Source of the DNA: Ylistrum balloti
Lineage: Eukaryota
Assembly (NCBI RefSeq): GCF_031769215.1
Contig: NW_026782015.1
Coordinates: forward strand, 1,550,001 to 1,614,000
DNA: 64,000 nucleotides
Reading direction: 5' to 3'
Shown: one piece after another, positions 27,323 to 40,239 of the stretch
Layout: every line of letters begins with the position of its first letter
How positions within the stretch are numbered: the stretch's first letter is position 1
The notes under the pieces: model-generated
Seen by the model: only the letters and a program-made list of their open reading frames with translations
Databases searched by the model: none
What the model was told of the DNA's origin: nothing
Position numbers and translations under genes: made by a program

Positions 27323-28710
27323 GTAGGTATAGTATATAGGAGTGTTGGTAGATAGTGTGTACATGATGTGTGTTGGTGGGTATAGTGTACAAGATGTTGA
27401 GTGTTGGTGGGTATAGTGTACAAGATGCTGAGTGTTGGTAGGTAGTTTGTATAAGATGCTGAGTGTTGGTAGGTACAGTGTACAAGATGCTGAGTGTTGG
27501 TAGGTACAGTGTACAGGATGCTGAGTGTTGGTAGGTACAGTGTACAGAATTCTCAGTGTTGGTAGGTAGTGTGTACAAGATGCTGAGTGTTGGTAGGTAG
27601 AGTGTACAAGATGCTGAGTGTTGGTAGGTACAGTGTAGAAGATGCTAAGTGTTGGTAGGTACAGTGTACAGAATTCTCAGTGTTGGTAGGTACAGTGTAC
27701 AGGATGCTGAATGTTTGTAGGTAGTGTGTTTAAGATGCTGAGTGTTGGTAGGTACAGTGTACAAGATGCTGAATGTTGGTAGGTACAGTGTACAGAATTC
27801 TCAGTGTTGGTAGGTACAGTGTACAGGATGCTGAGTGTTGGTAGGTACAGTGTTTAAGATAATGAGTGTTGGTAGGTACAGTGTACAGAATTCTCAGTGT
27901 TGGTAGGTACAGTGTACAGGATGCTGAATGTTGGTAGGTAGTGTGTTTAAGATGCTGAGTGTTGGTAGGTACAGTGCACAAGATGCTGAGTGTTGGTAGG
28001 TACAGTGTACAGGATGCTGAGTGTTGGTAGGTAGTGTGTTTAAGATGCTGAGTGTTGGTAGGTACAGTGTACAAGATGCTGAGTGTTGGTAGGTACAGTG
28101 TACAAGATGCTAAGTGTTGGTAGGTACAGTGTACAGAATTCTCAGTGTTGGTAGGTACTGTGTACAGGATGCTGAATGTTTGTAGGTAGTGTGTTTAAGA
28201 TGCTGAGTGTTGGTAGGTACAGTGTACAAGATGCTGAATGTTGGTAGGTACAGTGTACAAGATGCTGAGTGTTGGTAGGTACAGTGTACAGAATTCTCAG
28301 TGTTGGTAGGTACAGTGTACAGGATGCTGAATGTTGGTAGGTAGTGTGTTTAAGATGCTGAGTGTTGGTAGGTACAGTGTACAGAATTCTCAGTGTTGGT
28401 AGGTACAGTGTACAGGATGCTGAATGTTTGTAGGTAGTGTGTTTAAGATGCTGAGTGTTGGTAGGTACAGTGTACAAGATGCTGAGTGTTGGTAGATACA
28501 ATGTACAAGATGCTGAGTGTTGGTAGGTGCAGTGTACAGGATGCTGAGTGTTGGTAAGTACAGTGTACAGGATGCTGAGTGTTGGTAGGTACAGTGTACA
28601 AGATGCTGAGTGTTGGTAGGTACAGTGTACAAGATGCTGAGTGTTGGTAGGTAGTGTGTACAGGATGCTGAGTGTTGGTAGGTACAGTGTACAGGATGCT
28701 AAGCATTGGT
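27300..28710 (+). repeat. 31-bp array containing the HS2ST1 5' splice site, about 45 copies
   Basis: Unit TGTACAAGATGCTGAGTGTTG|GTAGGTACAG versus exon end GGACAAGACGCTGAATGTTG|GTAGGTATAG. Confidence 0.95.
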
Positions 28711-28875
28711 AGGTACAATGTACAGTAGATGGCTAAATTTTATGACAGAAATAAAGATCAGATACTTCTTTTGTTGTCCATTCATGTTAACTAGGATGTT
28801 GGGAATGTTGATCTCCTGTACCACGAATAAGGTGATATTTTCTGATACAACTACATAAACATTTTTAATGAACAG

Positions 28876-29033
28876 GAATCCTGGAAGCCAGTGGGCTTTG
28901 GAGAAGGCCAAACAAAATGTGTTAGAGAACTACCTATTGGTCGGGGTCACAGAGGAGCTTGGGGATTTCATTGCAGTACTGGAGGCTGTGCTGCCACGAT
29001 ACTTTAGAGGAGCAGTCAAACTGTACAGCTTAG
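28876..29033 (+). CDS. HS2ST1: HS2ST1 exon
   Basis: AATGAACAG| and TAG|GTAAGT; 158 nt, phase 2-1; NPGSQWALEKAKQNVLENYLLVGVTEELGDFIAVLEAVLPRYFRGAVKLYSL. Confidence 0.94.
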
Positions 29034-29189
29034 GTAAGTTACTGATAATATATCAGTCATGTGACATATTGTCAGGGACAGGGAGATGTAGTTCATCTCA
29101 CTACGTTCAGGGACTAGGAGATGTAGTTTGTCTTCCTACATTTAGGGACAATATGTAGTTTGTGTCTTCCTATGTTTAAGTATTGTAAA

Positions 29190-29960
29190 CTATTATTTGT
29201 CTGGAGATTAACTTCTACAGTTTTCAACTGATCTGTTTCAAACTTGGTAGGCTTTATCAACATGACATAAAGTTGTGTTTTACTGAATGGCTGTTTGAAT
29301 TGACTGTATTGGGCAGAGTTATTGCCCCTTGTTGTTTTTTATGTCAATCTTCTCTGGAGGTGTCCTCCCTCAGTTTTCTACTAATTTCTTTAAAACTTTT
29401 ATAGACTTTATTCACACCATAACATGTAGTGTTTTCCTGAATGACAATGTGATTTGATGGTTTAGGGAAGAGTTACTGCCCTTTGTTATTTTCATTATAT
29501 TAATCATGTCCAAAGATCATCTCTCTCAGTTTTTCTTTCGAACGTCGTAGGGTTAAATCACCATGACATGAAGTGGTGTTTTCCTACACATCAGATTGTT
29601 TAAAGATATTTTGAAGGTTTTATGACCCCATTGTTTTTCCAACATTTTAGTTTTGTATGGCGATTTCCGTCCTTTCTTTTTTACCAATTTCTCTGGAATT
29701 TGGTAGACTTTATAACCATTACGTGAAATGATGAGTTATTGCCCTTTGTTTTTTTCTACAATCTATCTTGTCCAGATATATCCTCCCTCATTTTACAGCC
29801 AGTTTCTTTGAAACTTCATAGGCTTGAAAACCACAGCATGAGATTATGTTCTTGTAAATAACAGTTTTGATTCAACAATATTTTATTTCAAAGTTATTAC
29901 CTACTGTTCTTTCCAGCATTTTAATCTTGTCAAGAGATTTCTTTCAGTTTTTCAACCATT
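29190..29960. repeat. About 155-bp unit repeat family, copy cluster 2 (more degenerate)
   Basis: AGAGTTA(T/C)TGCCC at 29315 and 29469 plus further degenerate copies; same motifs as 8900-9300. Confidence 0.65.
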
Positions 29961-30779
29961 TTTTTTTTAAACCTTGTATGCTTTAATCAAATATTAAAAG
30001 AAATAACACTGTTTTCCCTCTTGACATTTTACTTTTTATTACCATCTCTATATTTGTATTCTTTTTGATGCAACAAAAATCCTGAAAATTAATGTGAGAT
30101 AAACATGTGTTGTACACCCAACCCCATGAAACTCTTGTTACATTTTAAACTTTTTTTTTTAAGTTCCATGAGTGGAATTCAGCAGAAACTTGCATGAAAT
30201 GATTTTGAGTTGGTCAAGACCAACCAAGTGTTGTTAATGGGTCAATCCAAGATCCAACATAACTACATTCTTGAAATTCACATTTTGAAATTATTCTCGA
30301 GTTCCACTGGCACCATTGAGCTGAAAATTGGCTGGGATGTTATAGAAAGGAAGCCAAACATGTTTTGTTATTTTTGCCTCATCAAAGTTCATTATGGCAG
30401 CCATTTTGTAACATGACTAAACAAACATAGTTTCCAAGAACGATACTGATTTCAAACTTCTTTCGAAGCTCCACTACAATTCAGCCGTAATGTTGTAGGA
30501 ATATGGAGAAAATGAAATGAGGAGAAGTTTTTGTCTTTGCTTCCAAAATATTGTGAATCAGAACTGTTTTAATTGCTATTTCTACTACTACTACTGTTAT
30601 ATCATATATAGGTCTTTATAACAGATGTCAGTTATAAGACTTCTTGTTTCTGATCAGAATGATTTAATTCTCACCCATCTATGCTGCCCAACAAAAAAAT
30701 TCCTTATAAAAATCAAATGCGAAAATGCATGTCTTATCTAGCCCTGCAGGTATATTAAAACATCAGTTTTTTTTTTCAG

Positions 30780-31000
30780 GGAGAAAGTCGCACCTGAGAC
30801 GTACAGCAAATAAGATCCTGCCTAAACAGTCGTCTACTACCAAAGTGCGCCAGTCCTTTATCTGGCGTATGGAGCAGGATTTCTACAACTTTGTGCTGGA
30901 ACAATTCCACTTTGTAAAACAATCAACTTTTGACGTAGTTAATGGAAACTATGTGGAAAAGGGAAACAATTTTCATTACGAGAAAATTCGACCAAGATGA
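30780..31000 (+). CDS. HS2ST1: HS2ST1 last coding exon
   Basis: Poly-T CAG| acceptor, phase 1; (G)RKSHLRRTANKILPKQ...FHYEKIRPR, TGA at 30998-31000; the six exons sum to 876 nt = 292 codons. Confidence 0.93.
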
Positions 31001-31569
31001 AGCTAAAGTGTTTCTTTTTCCATAAAACAATTCCAATATTGTGATATTTTTTGTCTCACTTCCTTATTGGAAGGCAAAGAAATAATTTGATGTGTAACAG
31101 TGTTGTGTGTATGTCGGTATAAATGAGTTGTCTACCCTTCAAGTGTGGAGAATCAGGTACAATGACATTGTTTTGTATAAGGGAAGCTATGGGCTACTAA
31201 CGAGGAGTCGTGGGCTATAACAAGGATATAATGAACTACAGAGGGAGCATGATGACCTACTGGAGAGGAGATTGAATGATATTCGATATGATGTGGACTT
31301 AGCGGGGAGAATACGGTCTTGGGAAGGGGAGTGACAGGGTATGTGTCTTTATAAGAATCATGTTAGATCATGTTGAGATAAGCTTGATACCTGATGTGTT
31401 GTGTGCAAGTTCTCAGGGTTTATGAAATCCGTGCTGCTCTTTACTCTATGTTTACTGTTGTTGTATATTGTTTTTTGTTTTTAAGTTTGATACTGGTTCA
31501 TTGATATCAAATATTAATAACATTCAAATACTGGGACCAATACAAACTAAATCACATGTAATGCAAGAG

Positions 31570-31575
31570 AATAAA
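31570..31575 (+). terminator. Candidate HS2ST1 polyadenylation signal AATAAA
   Basis: AATAAA about 570 nt after the stop, immediately before a GT-rich array; positional inference only. Confidence 0.35.
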
Positions 31576-31589
31576 TAACCATTACTGGT

Positions 31590-32870
31590 GAGGTGTGTAG
31601 TGAGGACGGATGAGGTATGTAGTGAGGACAGATGAGGTGTGTAGGGAGGACAGATGAGGTGTGTAGAGAGGAAAGATGAGGTGTGTAGTGAGGACGGATG
31701 AGGTGTGTAGTGAGGACGGATGAGGTGTGTAGTGAGGACGGATGAGGTGTGTAGTGAGGACGGATGAGGTGTGAAGTGAGGACGGATGAGGTGTGTAGTG
31801 AGGACGGATGAGGTGTGTAGGGAGGATGGATGAGGTGTGTAGTGAGGACGAGTGAGGTGTGTAGTGAGGACGGATGAGGTATGTAGTGAGGACGGATGAG
31901 GTCTGTAGTGAGAATGGATGAAGTGTGTAGTGAGGACAGATAAAGTGTGTAGGGAGGGCAGATGAGATGTGTAGTGAGGACAGATGAGGTGTGTAGGGAG
32001 GACAGATGAAGTGTGTAGGGAGGACAGATGAGGTGTGTAGGGAGGACAGATGAGGTGTGTAGGGAGGACAGATGAGGTGTGTAGTGAGGACGGATGAGGT
32101 GTCTAGTGAGGATGGATGAGATGTAGTGAGGACAGATGAGGTGTGTAGTGAGGACGGATGAGGTGTGTGGTGAGGACGGATGAGGTGTCTAGTGAGGATG
32201 GATGAGATGTAGTGAGGACAGATGAGGTGTGTAGTGAGGACGGATGAGGTGTGTGGTGAGGACAGATAACATGTGTAGGGAGGACAGATGAGGCGTGTAG
32301 TAAGGACAGATGACATGTGTAGTGAGGACGGATGAGGCATGTAGTGAGGACAGATGAGGTGTGTAGTGAGGACAGATGATGTGTGTAGGGAGGACAGATG
32401 AGGTGTGTAGTGTGGACAGATGAGATGTGTGGAGAGGACAGATGAGGTGTGTAGGGAGGACAGATGAGGTGTGTAGGGAGGACAGATGAGATGTGTAGTG
32501 GAGATGTGTGGGGAGGACAGATGAGATGTGTAGGGAGGACAGATGAAGTGTGTAGAGAGGACAGATGAGATGTGAGGGGAAGACAGATGAGGTGTGTAGT
32601 GAGGACAGATGAAGTGTGTAGGGAGGACAGATGAAGTTTGTAGGGAGGACAGGTGAGTTTGTAGGGAGGACAGGTGAGGATTGTAGGGAGGACAGATGAG
32701 ATGTGTAGGGAGGACAGATGAGGTGTGTACTGAGGACAGGTGAAGTGTGTAGGGAGGACAGGTGAAGTGTGTAGTAAAGATGGATGAGGTTTGTAGGGAG
32801 GACAGGTGAGGTGTGTAGTGAGGACAGATGAAGTGTGTAGGGAGGACAGATGAGGTGTAGATTTAGGACA
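31590..32870. repeat. 22-bp minisatellite, about 58 copies
   Basis: Unit GAGGAC(A/G)GATGAGGTGTGTAG(T/G). Confidence 0.93.
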
Positions 32871-35689
32871 GACATGGTGTGTGTTAAAGACAGGTGTGAA
32901 AAAGTAAGAAAATTTATGTATTGCATTACAACTGCCATCCAAGTTGGTATGATATTCAAAGTTAATAAAAAAATTATGATAAATCTTACGTCTGTTTTCT
33001 TTGCAAATGTGTCAAAAGATTTATAATTGTCCTGTCTGGTATGTTGTTTTTGTTGAAAGTGAAGTCAGCCTAAACTGTGAAAATAAGTAACCATATTGTT
33101 TTCCTATACATTTATCAGCCTCCCCCCACCACCCCATCATCATCAGGTGGGCTATTCAAATCTCCCTATACAACTATGGTCCATCTGTCTGTAAACAATT
33201 TGTTAATGCTATTCCCTTCATTCATAGTTGTCTCTTTTTGAATTTTAGACTTACAAGGGAAAAAAATCGTTGATAGGTGGCCATCTTGTATTTTGACAAT
33301 AAAAGTTTGGCGTCACCTATTCTTGTGAAGTACTGGATTGGTCGTTTTCAGATTTCATAAATGCCTAGGTTCCCCCTGGTCCTTAGCCGTGCTGTTGATT
33401 TTGGATTAGTCAGCAACTAAATTGTCCGATAGATGACCAACTTGAATTATGATAGTTAAAGATTATAATGGCTAATTTAATTCTGAAGAGGAATTTTCAA
33501 CTTTCATGTTGAAACAAAAGAAGAGAAAAGGTCCAACTTTTAAGGAAAAAATAAAGCTCAAACCATGGTGGGCACCAAGATCTTTGAATTCCTTTCTGAA
33601 AGGATCTAGCCATGTTTGATCAAAATCCATTTACTCATAATAAAGACAGAATGCAAAAAAAGTGAATGTTTGATGGCACTCCTCTGCTACTGGTCATCCT
33701 GACTCTCCATGTCAAATGACCTAAACATCTCATTACTGTTGTGGAAGGATTCTGTTTCTCATACATTTATCGTAAGTATGGTCCATAACAAATTTGGACA
33801 AAATCCCTTTTTCTGTGTAAGTCCTAATGCAGAACAATTACTTCCATTTCTTTTATGGCGTCAAACTACTCCTCTCCAAGAAGAACTATGTCTTCTGTTC
33901 ATTATATCAAACATGAGAACTTTCAACCTTTAATAATTATACCAGACGAAATTTCATCCCAGTCTGGAGTTATGTATGTTTAGGTATTGATATATCAGTC
34001 CTTTTGATCAGGTAAAAATGAACACAACAAAAAATATAATTATCTGATTTTATTGCATTGCCAAGTGCATGATGATGACTTGATCCTCACCATACAAAAG
34101 AGAACATCTACAATAAACACTAATACTGCACAGGGCTGTTAACAGACAGGCCACACCCATCTCATAGCAGGCCACACCCATCTCATAGGTGTTACTCACA
34201 GACAGGCCACACAAATCTTACAGGTGTTTCCAAAATAAGCCACACCCATTTCACAAATGTCACCTACCTACAGGTCACACCTAGGTCACAAGTGACCAAT
34301 CCAAGCGCTAGATCAAATTCCTCGGACAGGTCATGTGATATCCATCAGATAGATCAAACCATCTCTGATTGTCCACATCAGGGCTATCAATGATCACATA
34401 TAGAACAATGCTCAGTGCCCCAGGCAATACATACAAAATACACAGAAATCACTGAGATCAGGATCCTACACAGGCCTGAAACCAAGCCTCTCTCCTCACA
34501 ATACTGTTTATTTTTATATTGTAAGTTTCTAGGGATGAAGATTTCAAGGTCACAACAATTGATTTTTTCATTATATTATTTTTACAAAAAATAAAAAAAG
34601 AGAGAGAGAAATCTGCACTCAATATACATTTTTATCATAACTGTTTGTTAGTGTATGTTAGTCTATTATAAGGAAGAATGCACTGCGAACAGTGACATGA
34701 CTAAACAAACCACGTTACAAGAACATTGCTATATAACCCAATGTTTATACTGGTAACTAGGTTTCAAAAAACAACGATTCAAAAAGACTGCAGAGTTTAA
34801 ATGGCACCTTGAAATAAGATTGCTTTTGGTCCACTCTCGACAATCATTCTAACATTGACCCGTAACTGGATAACATAACCAACTTCGGAGTGACAGGGAT
34901 ATCCTAGGACTGAAGTAGAAAAACTATCAGATTGGTCGATTCCTGAAGTAAATTTAACACCTTTATCCCAGTAGTGAAACATACTGTCAGTCATGCCTCT
35001 AACCCCACCCACCGTCCCGCCCACCCCCCTCTCATCCTCTTCCCTAGTCTGCTCAAGTTAAACATGCCAGCAAAAGGGCCCCATAGTTTACAATAGGAGG
35101 CTGCATACAATACACTACAAAGCCTCTGGTTATGCTTGTTGCCTACCAAGCTGTTATGTACACTGTAACCTACATGATAATATATACAAGCAAATAGATA
35201 CCAAATCTGGGCTTAAACTGTACAAAACCAGTAGATTTTACTACTGGATGACATGACCTTGACCTATTCTGTGAAATACCAAAAGATTTTACTACTGCGT
35301 GACATGACCTTGACCTCCACAGCAAATAATCACACTTACATAGGCAGCCCTATACACTATATAATCTTATTGTGTCACTTTTAAAAAACAGGATTTCTTT
35401 GTTACAAATGTTGACAAAAGGATTGCACTCTTCCCTCTGTAGCTGTTGGTTTGAGAATCAACCAATGCCTACTTTGTCCTGGAGTCAGTCTACACGAATC
35501 ATGACAACCTCCAGCACCACACATGCTTTGTCTCCAGATCTTTCAATGGTACTGTACAAGTATTTACATATAGACTAATATTTGTAGAACTTCAATTCAT
35601 ATATATTATATATTGGTGATAAAAAAGTCTTACAAAAACATACAGATCTGATAACAAATGACTAGAGTTGACACTGTACAGCATTTACA

Positions 35690-36090
35690 GGAAACCATGA
35701 TACCATACAGAACTTACAGGAAATGATTATGCATTACAGCTTTTACAGGAAATTGTAATAACATAAAATTTACAGGAAACCATTATTCCATAGTTTCTAG
35801 GAAACCATGACACCATACTGCATTTACAAATCCACATAGCATTTACAGGAAACAATTACACCATCCAGCATTTACAGGAAATGATTACACCATCCAGCAT
35901 TTACAGTAAGTGATTACACCATGTAGCACTCGCTGGAAATGATTACACCATACAGAATTTACAAGAAACAATTACATCAGACAATTTACAGGAAACAATT
36001 ACACCATACAGAATTTACAAGAAACAATTACACCATCCAGCATTTACAGAGAATTATAACACCATCCAGCATTAACAGGAAATGATTATC
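35690..36090. repeat. Degenerate ~30-bp repeat
   Basis: CATTTACAGGAAACAATTACACCATCCAG-like units. Confidence 0.75.
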
Positions 36091-36299
36091 TCATATTTTC
36101 ACTGTGACTAAGCAATGTTTTCTCGTTTTCTTCGCACTTCTCTAACAGGACATGAGGCCTGTTAGTTGATGTGTTGATATGACTGCCTATGCTAGACACC
36201 CAGTCAATGTTACAGCACAAGGCCTGCTCATCATCCTTTGATCCTAATATAATACTAGGAGAACATGGTTAGAATTTCTGTAACCAAGTATCATCTCCT

Positions 36300-36945
36300 A
36301 ACAAGAGGACCAAAGGGCCTGCATCACTCATTTATCACTAACATAAGTTCTGTTGATTTTAATTAAGTTATATTCACTAGAATTATATACTTGTCTCGGA
36401 GGATGTCATAGTTATGAAGCTTTTGTAGAAACTGTCTTTTTCTAATTCAACAATTTTCAAAGTGATCTTGGTCAATCATGTTGATTCCAAATTTTCCTTT
36501 GATCCCCATTTTCTCTTTTTTATTTGAGTAGCAGGCGAACTATGACATAGAAAGTGGCGTAAGGTCATCCATTTGAACCAATTGTAAAGCCATCATCCCA
36601 GCATACTACTGGCGATATATCATGACAATTATTTTCTCCATTATTAAGAAGAAGTTGTTAAAGTTCAAAAGTTAGCACCCAATGGATGAAGGACACTTTA
36701 CCATGTTATAAGCTTTATTGTCCTTAGGACTGGTGAAATTAAATTCTTACTATATTATATCAGCTTTATAGTCCTTCAGGCTGGTGAAATTAATATCTTA
36801 CCATGGTATAAGCTCTGTTGTCCTTTGGACTAGTGAAATTAATTTCTTATCATGTTGTATGCTTTATTGAACAGATGAAATTAAATTCTTACTATAGTAT
36901 ATAGGCTCTATTGTCCTTTGGGCTGGTGAAATTAAATTCATGACA
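36300..36945. mobile_element. Degenerate copy of the same repeat family, end segment tandemly repeated
   Basis: Starts AACAAGAGGACCAAAGGGCCTG; about 5 degenerate GTCCTT..GCTGGTGAAATTAA units at 36690-36945. Confidence 0.35.
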
Positions 36946-37726
36946 CATTTAAGCCCTGTGAATCAAAAAGAGTCAAGGACATTGATCTGAAAAAAAACTT
37001 GAAAGCCCTACACTCCAGAATCTTACAACAGGTGAATCTCTTGAATTCAAAAATGTTGACCATTTCATTCAGATTGTTTGCTCTTTCAGCAAAAAAAAAA
37101 AAAAAAAAGTGAAAACGAAGGGAGTATTGAAGGTCACTACAGTTCTGATCGACCCTGCAACTTTATCACATAGTAACACATACATGATTACATTCACAAC
37201 TGGTAAGGAAGCTCTTGACAGATTTGTTATAGATATATGAGTAGTAAAAAAAGATCTTTTCTAAGTAACCTTCAGTATATGAAACTTCTGTCAGATCAAA
37301 AAGTTCTAGACAAATAAGAAATCTACTAAGTACACTGACCGACCACATGTATAATCACAGACAGCAGCTAACAACCATAAACATTCACACTACAGTCATC
37401 ACACAGTACAACCGATGTCATTCTTATTATGTACACACATATATCCACATCTGTGGATAACCATGTATCCACCTTACAAATTTACTTGATGAATATGTAT
37501 CCACATTATCCACATATATCTGCACATCCTTGAAGATTACCAGTCACACTATTAAGTACAAACCAAGGATGTTGATCTTGAACTAACTGTAAACATATTT
37601 TGATTTATGTAAACTAACAACAAATGATATCAACTGAAGTAAATGTTGCTATAACAATGGAAATAAAGTGCTAAAATGACAGAAACAATGCAAACTATAA
37701 ACTAAAAGATCCACCAACCTAGACAG

Positions 37727-38635
37727 CTCTCTATCTCACCTGTTATCTATCTCACCTGTTATCTCTCTATCTCACCTGTTATCTATCTCATCTGTCATGT
37801 ATCTCCCTATCTCACCTGTTATGTATTTCACCTGTTATCTCTCTATCTCACCTGTTATCTATCTCACCTGTTATCTATCTCACCTGTTATCTATCTCACC
37901 TGTCATCTATCTCACCTGTTATCTATCTCACCTGTTATCTATCTCTCTATCTCACCTGTCATCTATCTCTCTATCTCACCTGTCATCTATCTCACCTGTC
38001 ATCTATCTCTCCTGTCATCTATCTCTCTATCTCACCTGTCATCTATCTCACCTGTCATGTATCTCTCTATCTCACCTGTCATCTATCTCACCTGTCATCT
38101 ATCTCTCTATCTCACCTGTCATCTATCTCACCTGTCATCTATCTCACCTGTTATCTATCTCTCTATCTCACCTGTCATCTATCTCACCTGTTATCTATCT
38201 CTCTATCTCACCTGTTATCTATCTCACCTGTCATCTATCTCACCTGTTATCTATCTCACCTGTCATCTATCTCTCTATCTCACCTGTCATCTATCTCACC
38301 TGTCATCTATCTCTCTATCTCACCTGTCATCTATCTCACCTGTTATCTATCTCACCTGTCATCTATCTCTCTATCTTACCAATCATCAATCTCTCTATCT
38401 CACCTGTCATCTATCTCACCTGTCATCTATCTCTCTATCTCACCTGTCATCTATCTCACCTGTCATCAATCTCTCTATCTCACCTGTCATCTATCTCACC
38501 TGTCATCTATCTCTCTATCTCACCTGTCATCTATCTCTCTATCTCACCTGTTATCTATTTCTCTATCTCACCTGTCATCTATCTCTCTATTTCACCTGTT
38601 ATCTATCTCTCATTCTCACCCTCATTCTCACCTGT
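37727..38635. repeat. CTATCTCACCTGT(T/C)AT 16/24-bp repeat
   Basis: 16-nt unit with variable CTCTCTAT inserts. Confidence 0.92.
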
Positions 38636-39393
38636 TATCTATCTCTCTATTTCTCTTGTTATCTTATTACCTGTTTATTATCTAACCAATCTTCAAATCT
38701 GTCTAAAATCTTTTTTAGAAGATATTTTTCTACATTCTATGTCACCAACAAATAATACCAAATCTAAGTATCTCTATCTCAAATATTTGAGTATTTCATA
38801 TCAACAAAATACAAACCACATCTCATCACTCTCTACTCTCATTTATCAAATAGAAGTCTTTAAAAGCATCTTTAATCTCAACAGAGTCTATCATCACCTG
38901 TTATCTATCTCACCGATATCTCACCTGAAGCTCCTTAAAATAAAAAGTCACTATCTTACCTGTCTCTACAATGGTAACATCTCTCTATCAGACAAATGTA
39001 CATCAATAAAATCCTGTGTAATCTATCAATTCTTGGCACGCTAAAGAGGAAGTTATCTTCAGATATAATTTAATATTTCACCATCATAATTTACTCATCA
39101 ACGTTATAATCCACACACAAATCCTGTCATCTATCTCACCTGTTACTATCTCTCTGTCTCACACACACACTCTATATTTCACACTGTTATCTATCTCACA
39201 CACACCTACACACACCTTGTTAACATCTCTCACATCACCTGTTAGAATATCTCAAATCTATTTTCAATATTCAAGCAATCACACTGTTATCTCTCTATTT
39301 CACCTGTTATCTATCTTTCTATCTTGCCTGTCATCTATTTTTCGGTCTCACCTCTTATCTATCTCTCTATTTCTCTTGTTATCTTATTACCTG

Positions 39394-39399
39394 TTTATT
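39394..39399 (-). terminator. Candidate MEGF8 polyadenylation signal AATAAA
   Basis: TTTATT on + at the end of about 2 kb of A/C-rich sequence downstream of the MEGF8 stop; inference only. Confidence 0.3.
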
Positions 39400-40239
39400 A
39401 TCTAACCAATCTTCAAAGGTGGTCTAAAATCTTTTTTAGAAGATATTTTTTACATTCTATGGACCAACAAATAATACCAAATCTAAGTATTTCTGATCCA
39501 AATATTTGAGTATTTCATATCAACAAAATACAAACCACATCTCATCACTCTCGAACTCTCATTTATCAAATAGAAGTCTTTAAAAGCATGCTTTAATAGA
39601 CAACAGAGTCTACATCACGATAGAAGCTCCTTAAAATAAAAAGTGACGCTTACAATGGTAACAAAACAGCAGACAAATGTACATCAATAAAATCCTGTGT
39701 AAAATATCAATTCTTGGCACGCTAAAGAGGAAGTTATTTCAGATATAATTTAATATTTCACCATCATAATTTACCATAACAAAACGAATGTATAATCCAC
39801 ACACAAATCCGGTCAATAAATTCCTACAGACACTTAGATCCACACACACACAATCCAGATATATTCCACACCCACATCAATTCACACACAAACTACACAC
39901 ACCTTGTAACATCTGATCACATAACCGAAGGAAGAATATCAACAAAGACGATATTTTCAATATTCAAGCAATCACACGTATCCAATTCCGCTGATGATGC
40001 TAGAACCTCTATAACAACAAAACTAATGCCATGTATCAATAACAAAACATCAGGGCAAACAACAAGTCCTTTAAAAATAACATACACAATGTATATAATG
40101 TATAATGAACTCTCTCTGGTAAAGCGAGATATGTGTTCACTTTGATGGGATAAAAGAATTGCATTGAGACATAAACATATAATCAATAATTTGTGAAATG
40201 CCAAGTTGATGAACAGCCTTAATATGTAGCCAATACAAT

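Noticed and set aside
31582-32959. 252-279-aa His/Thr/Ser ORFs on -
   Set aside because: They derive from the 22-bp array.
34797-35024. 75-aa minus-strand ORF with an acceptor-like TTTACTTCAG and a downstream AATAAA near 34050; exon-like pieces near 35470 and 36090-36246
   Set aside because: I could not build a phase-consistent gene or recognise the peptide; BLAST or RNA-seq evidence would be needed to revive it.
37090-37202. Plus-strand exon-like segment (CTTTCAG|...ACTG|GTAAGG; KKKKKKVKTKGVLKVTTVLIDPATLSHSNTYMITFTT)
   Set aside because: It is isolated, begins with an 18-A run and has no convincing partner exons; the faint similarity to a PLAT-domain start is too weak to call.
37797-39044. 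415-aa and 232-aa ORFs
   Set aside because: They are translations of the CTATCTCACCTGT repeat plus the probable ghost duplicate, with no domain content.
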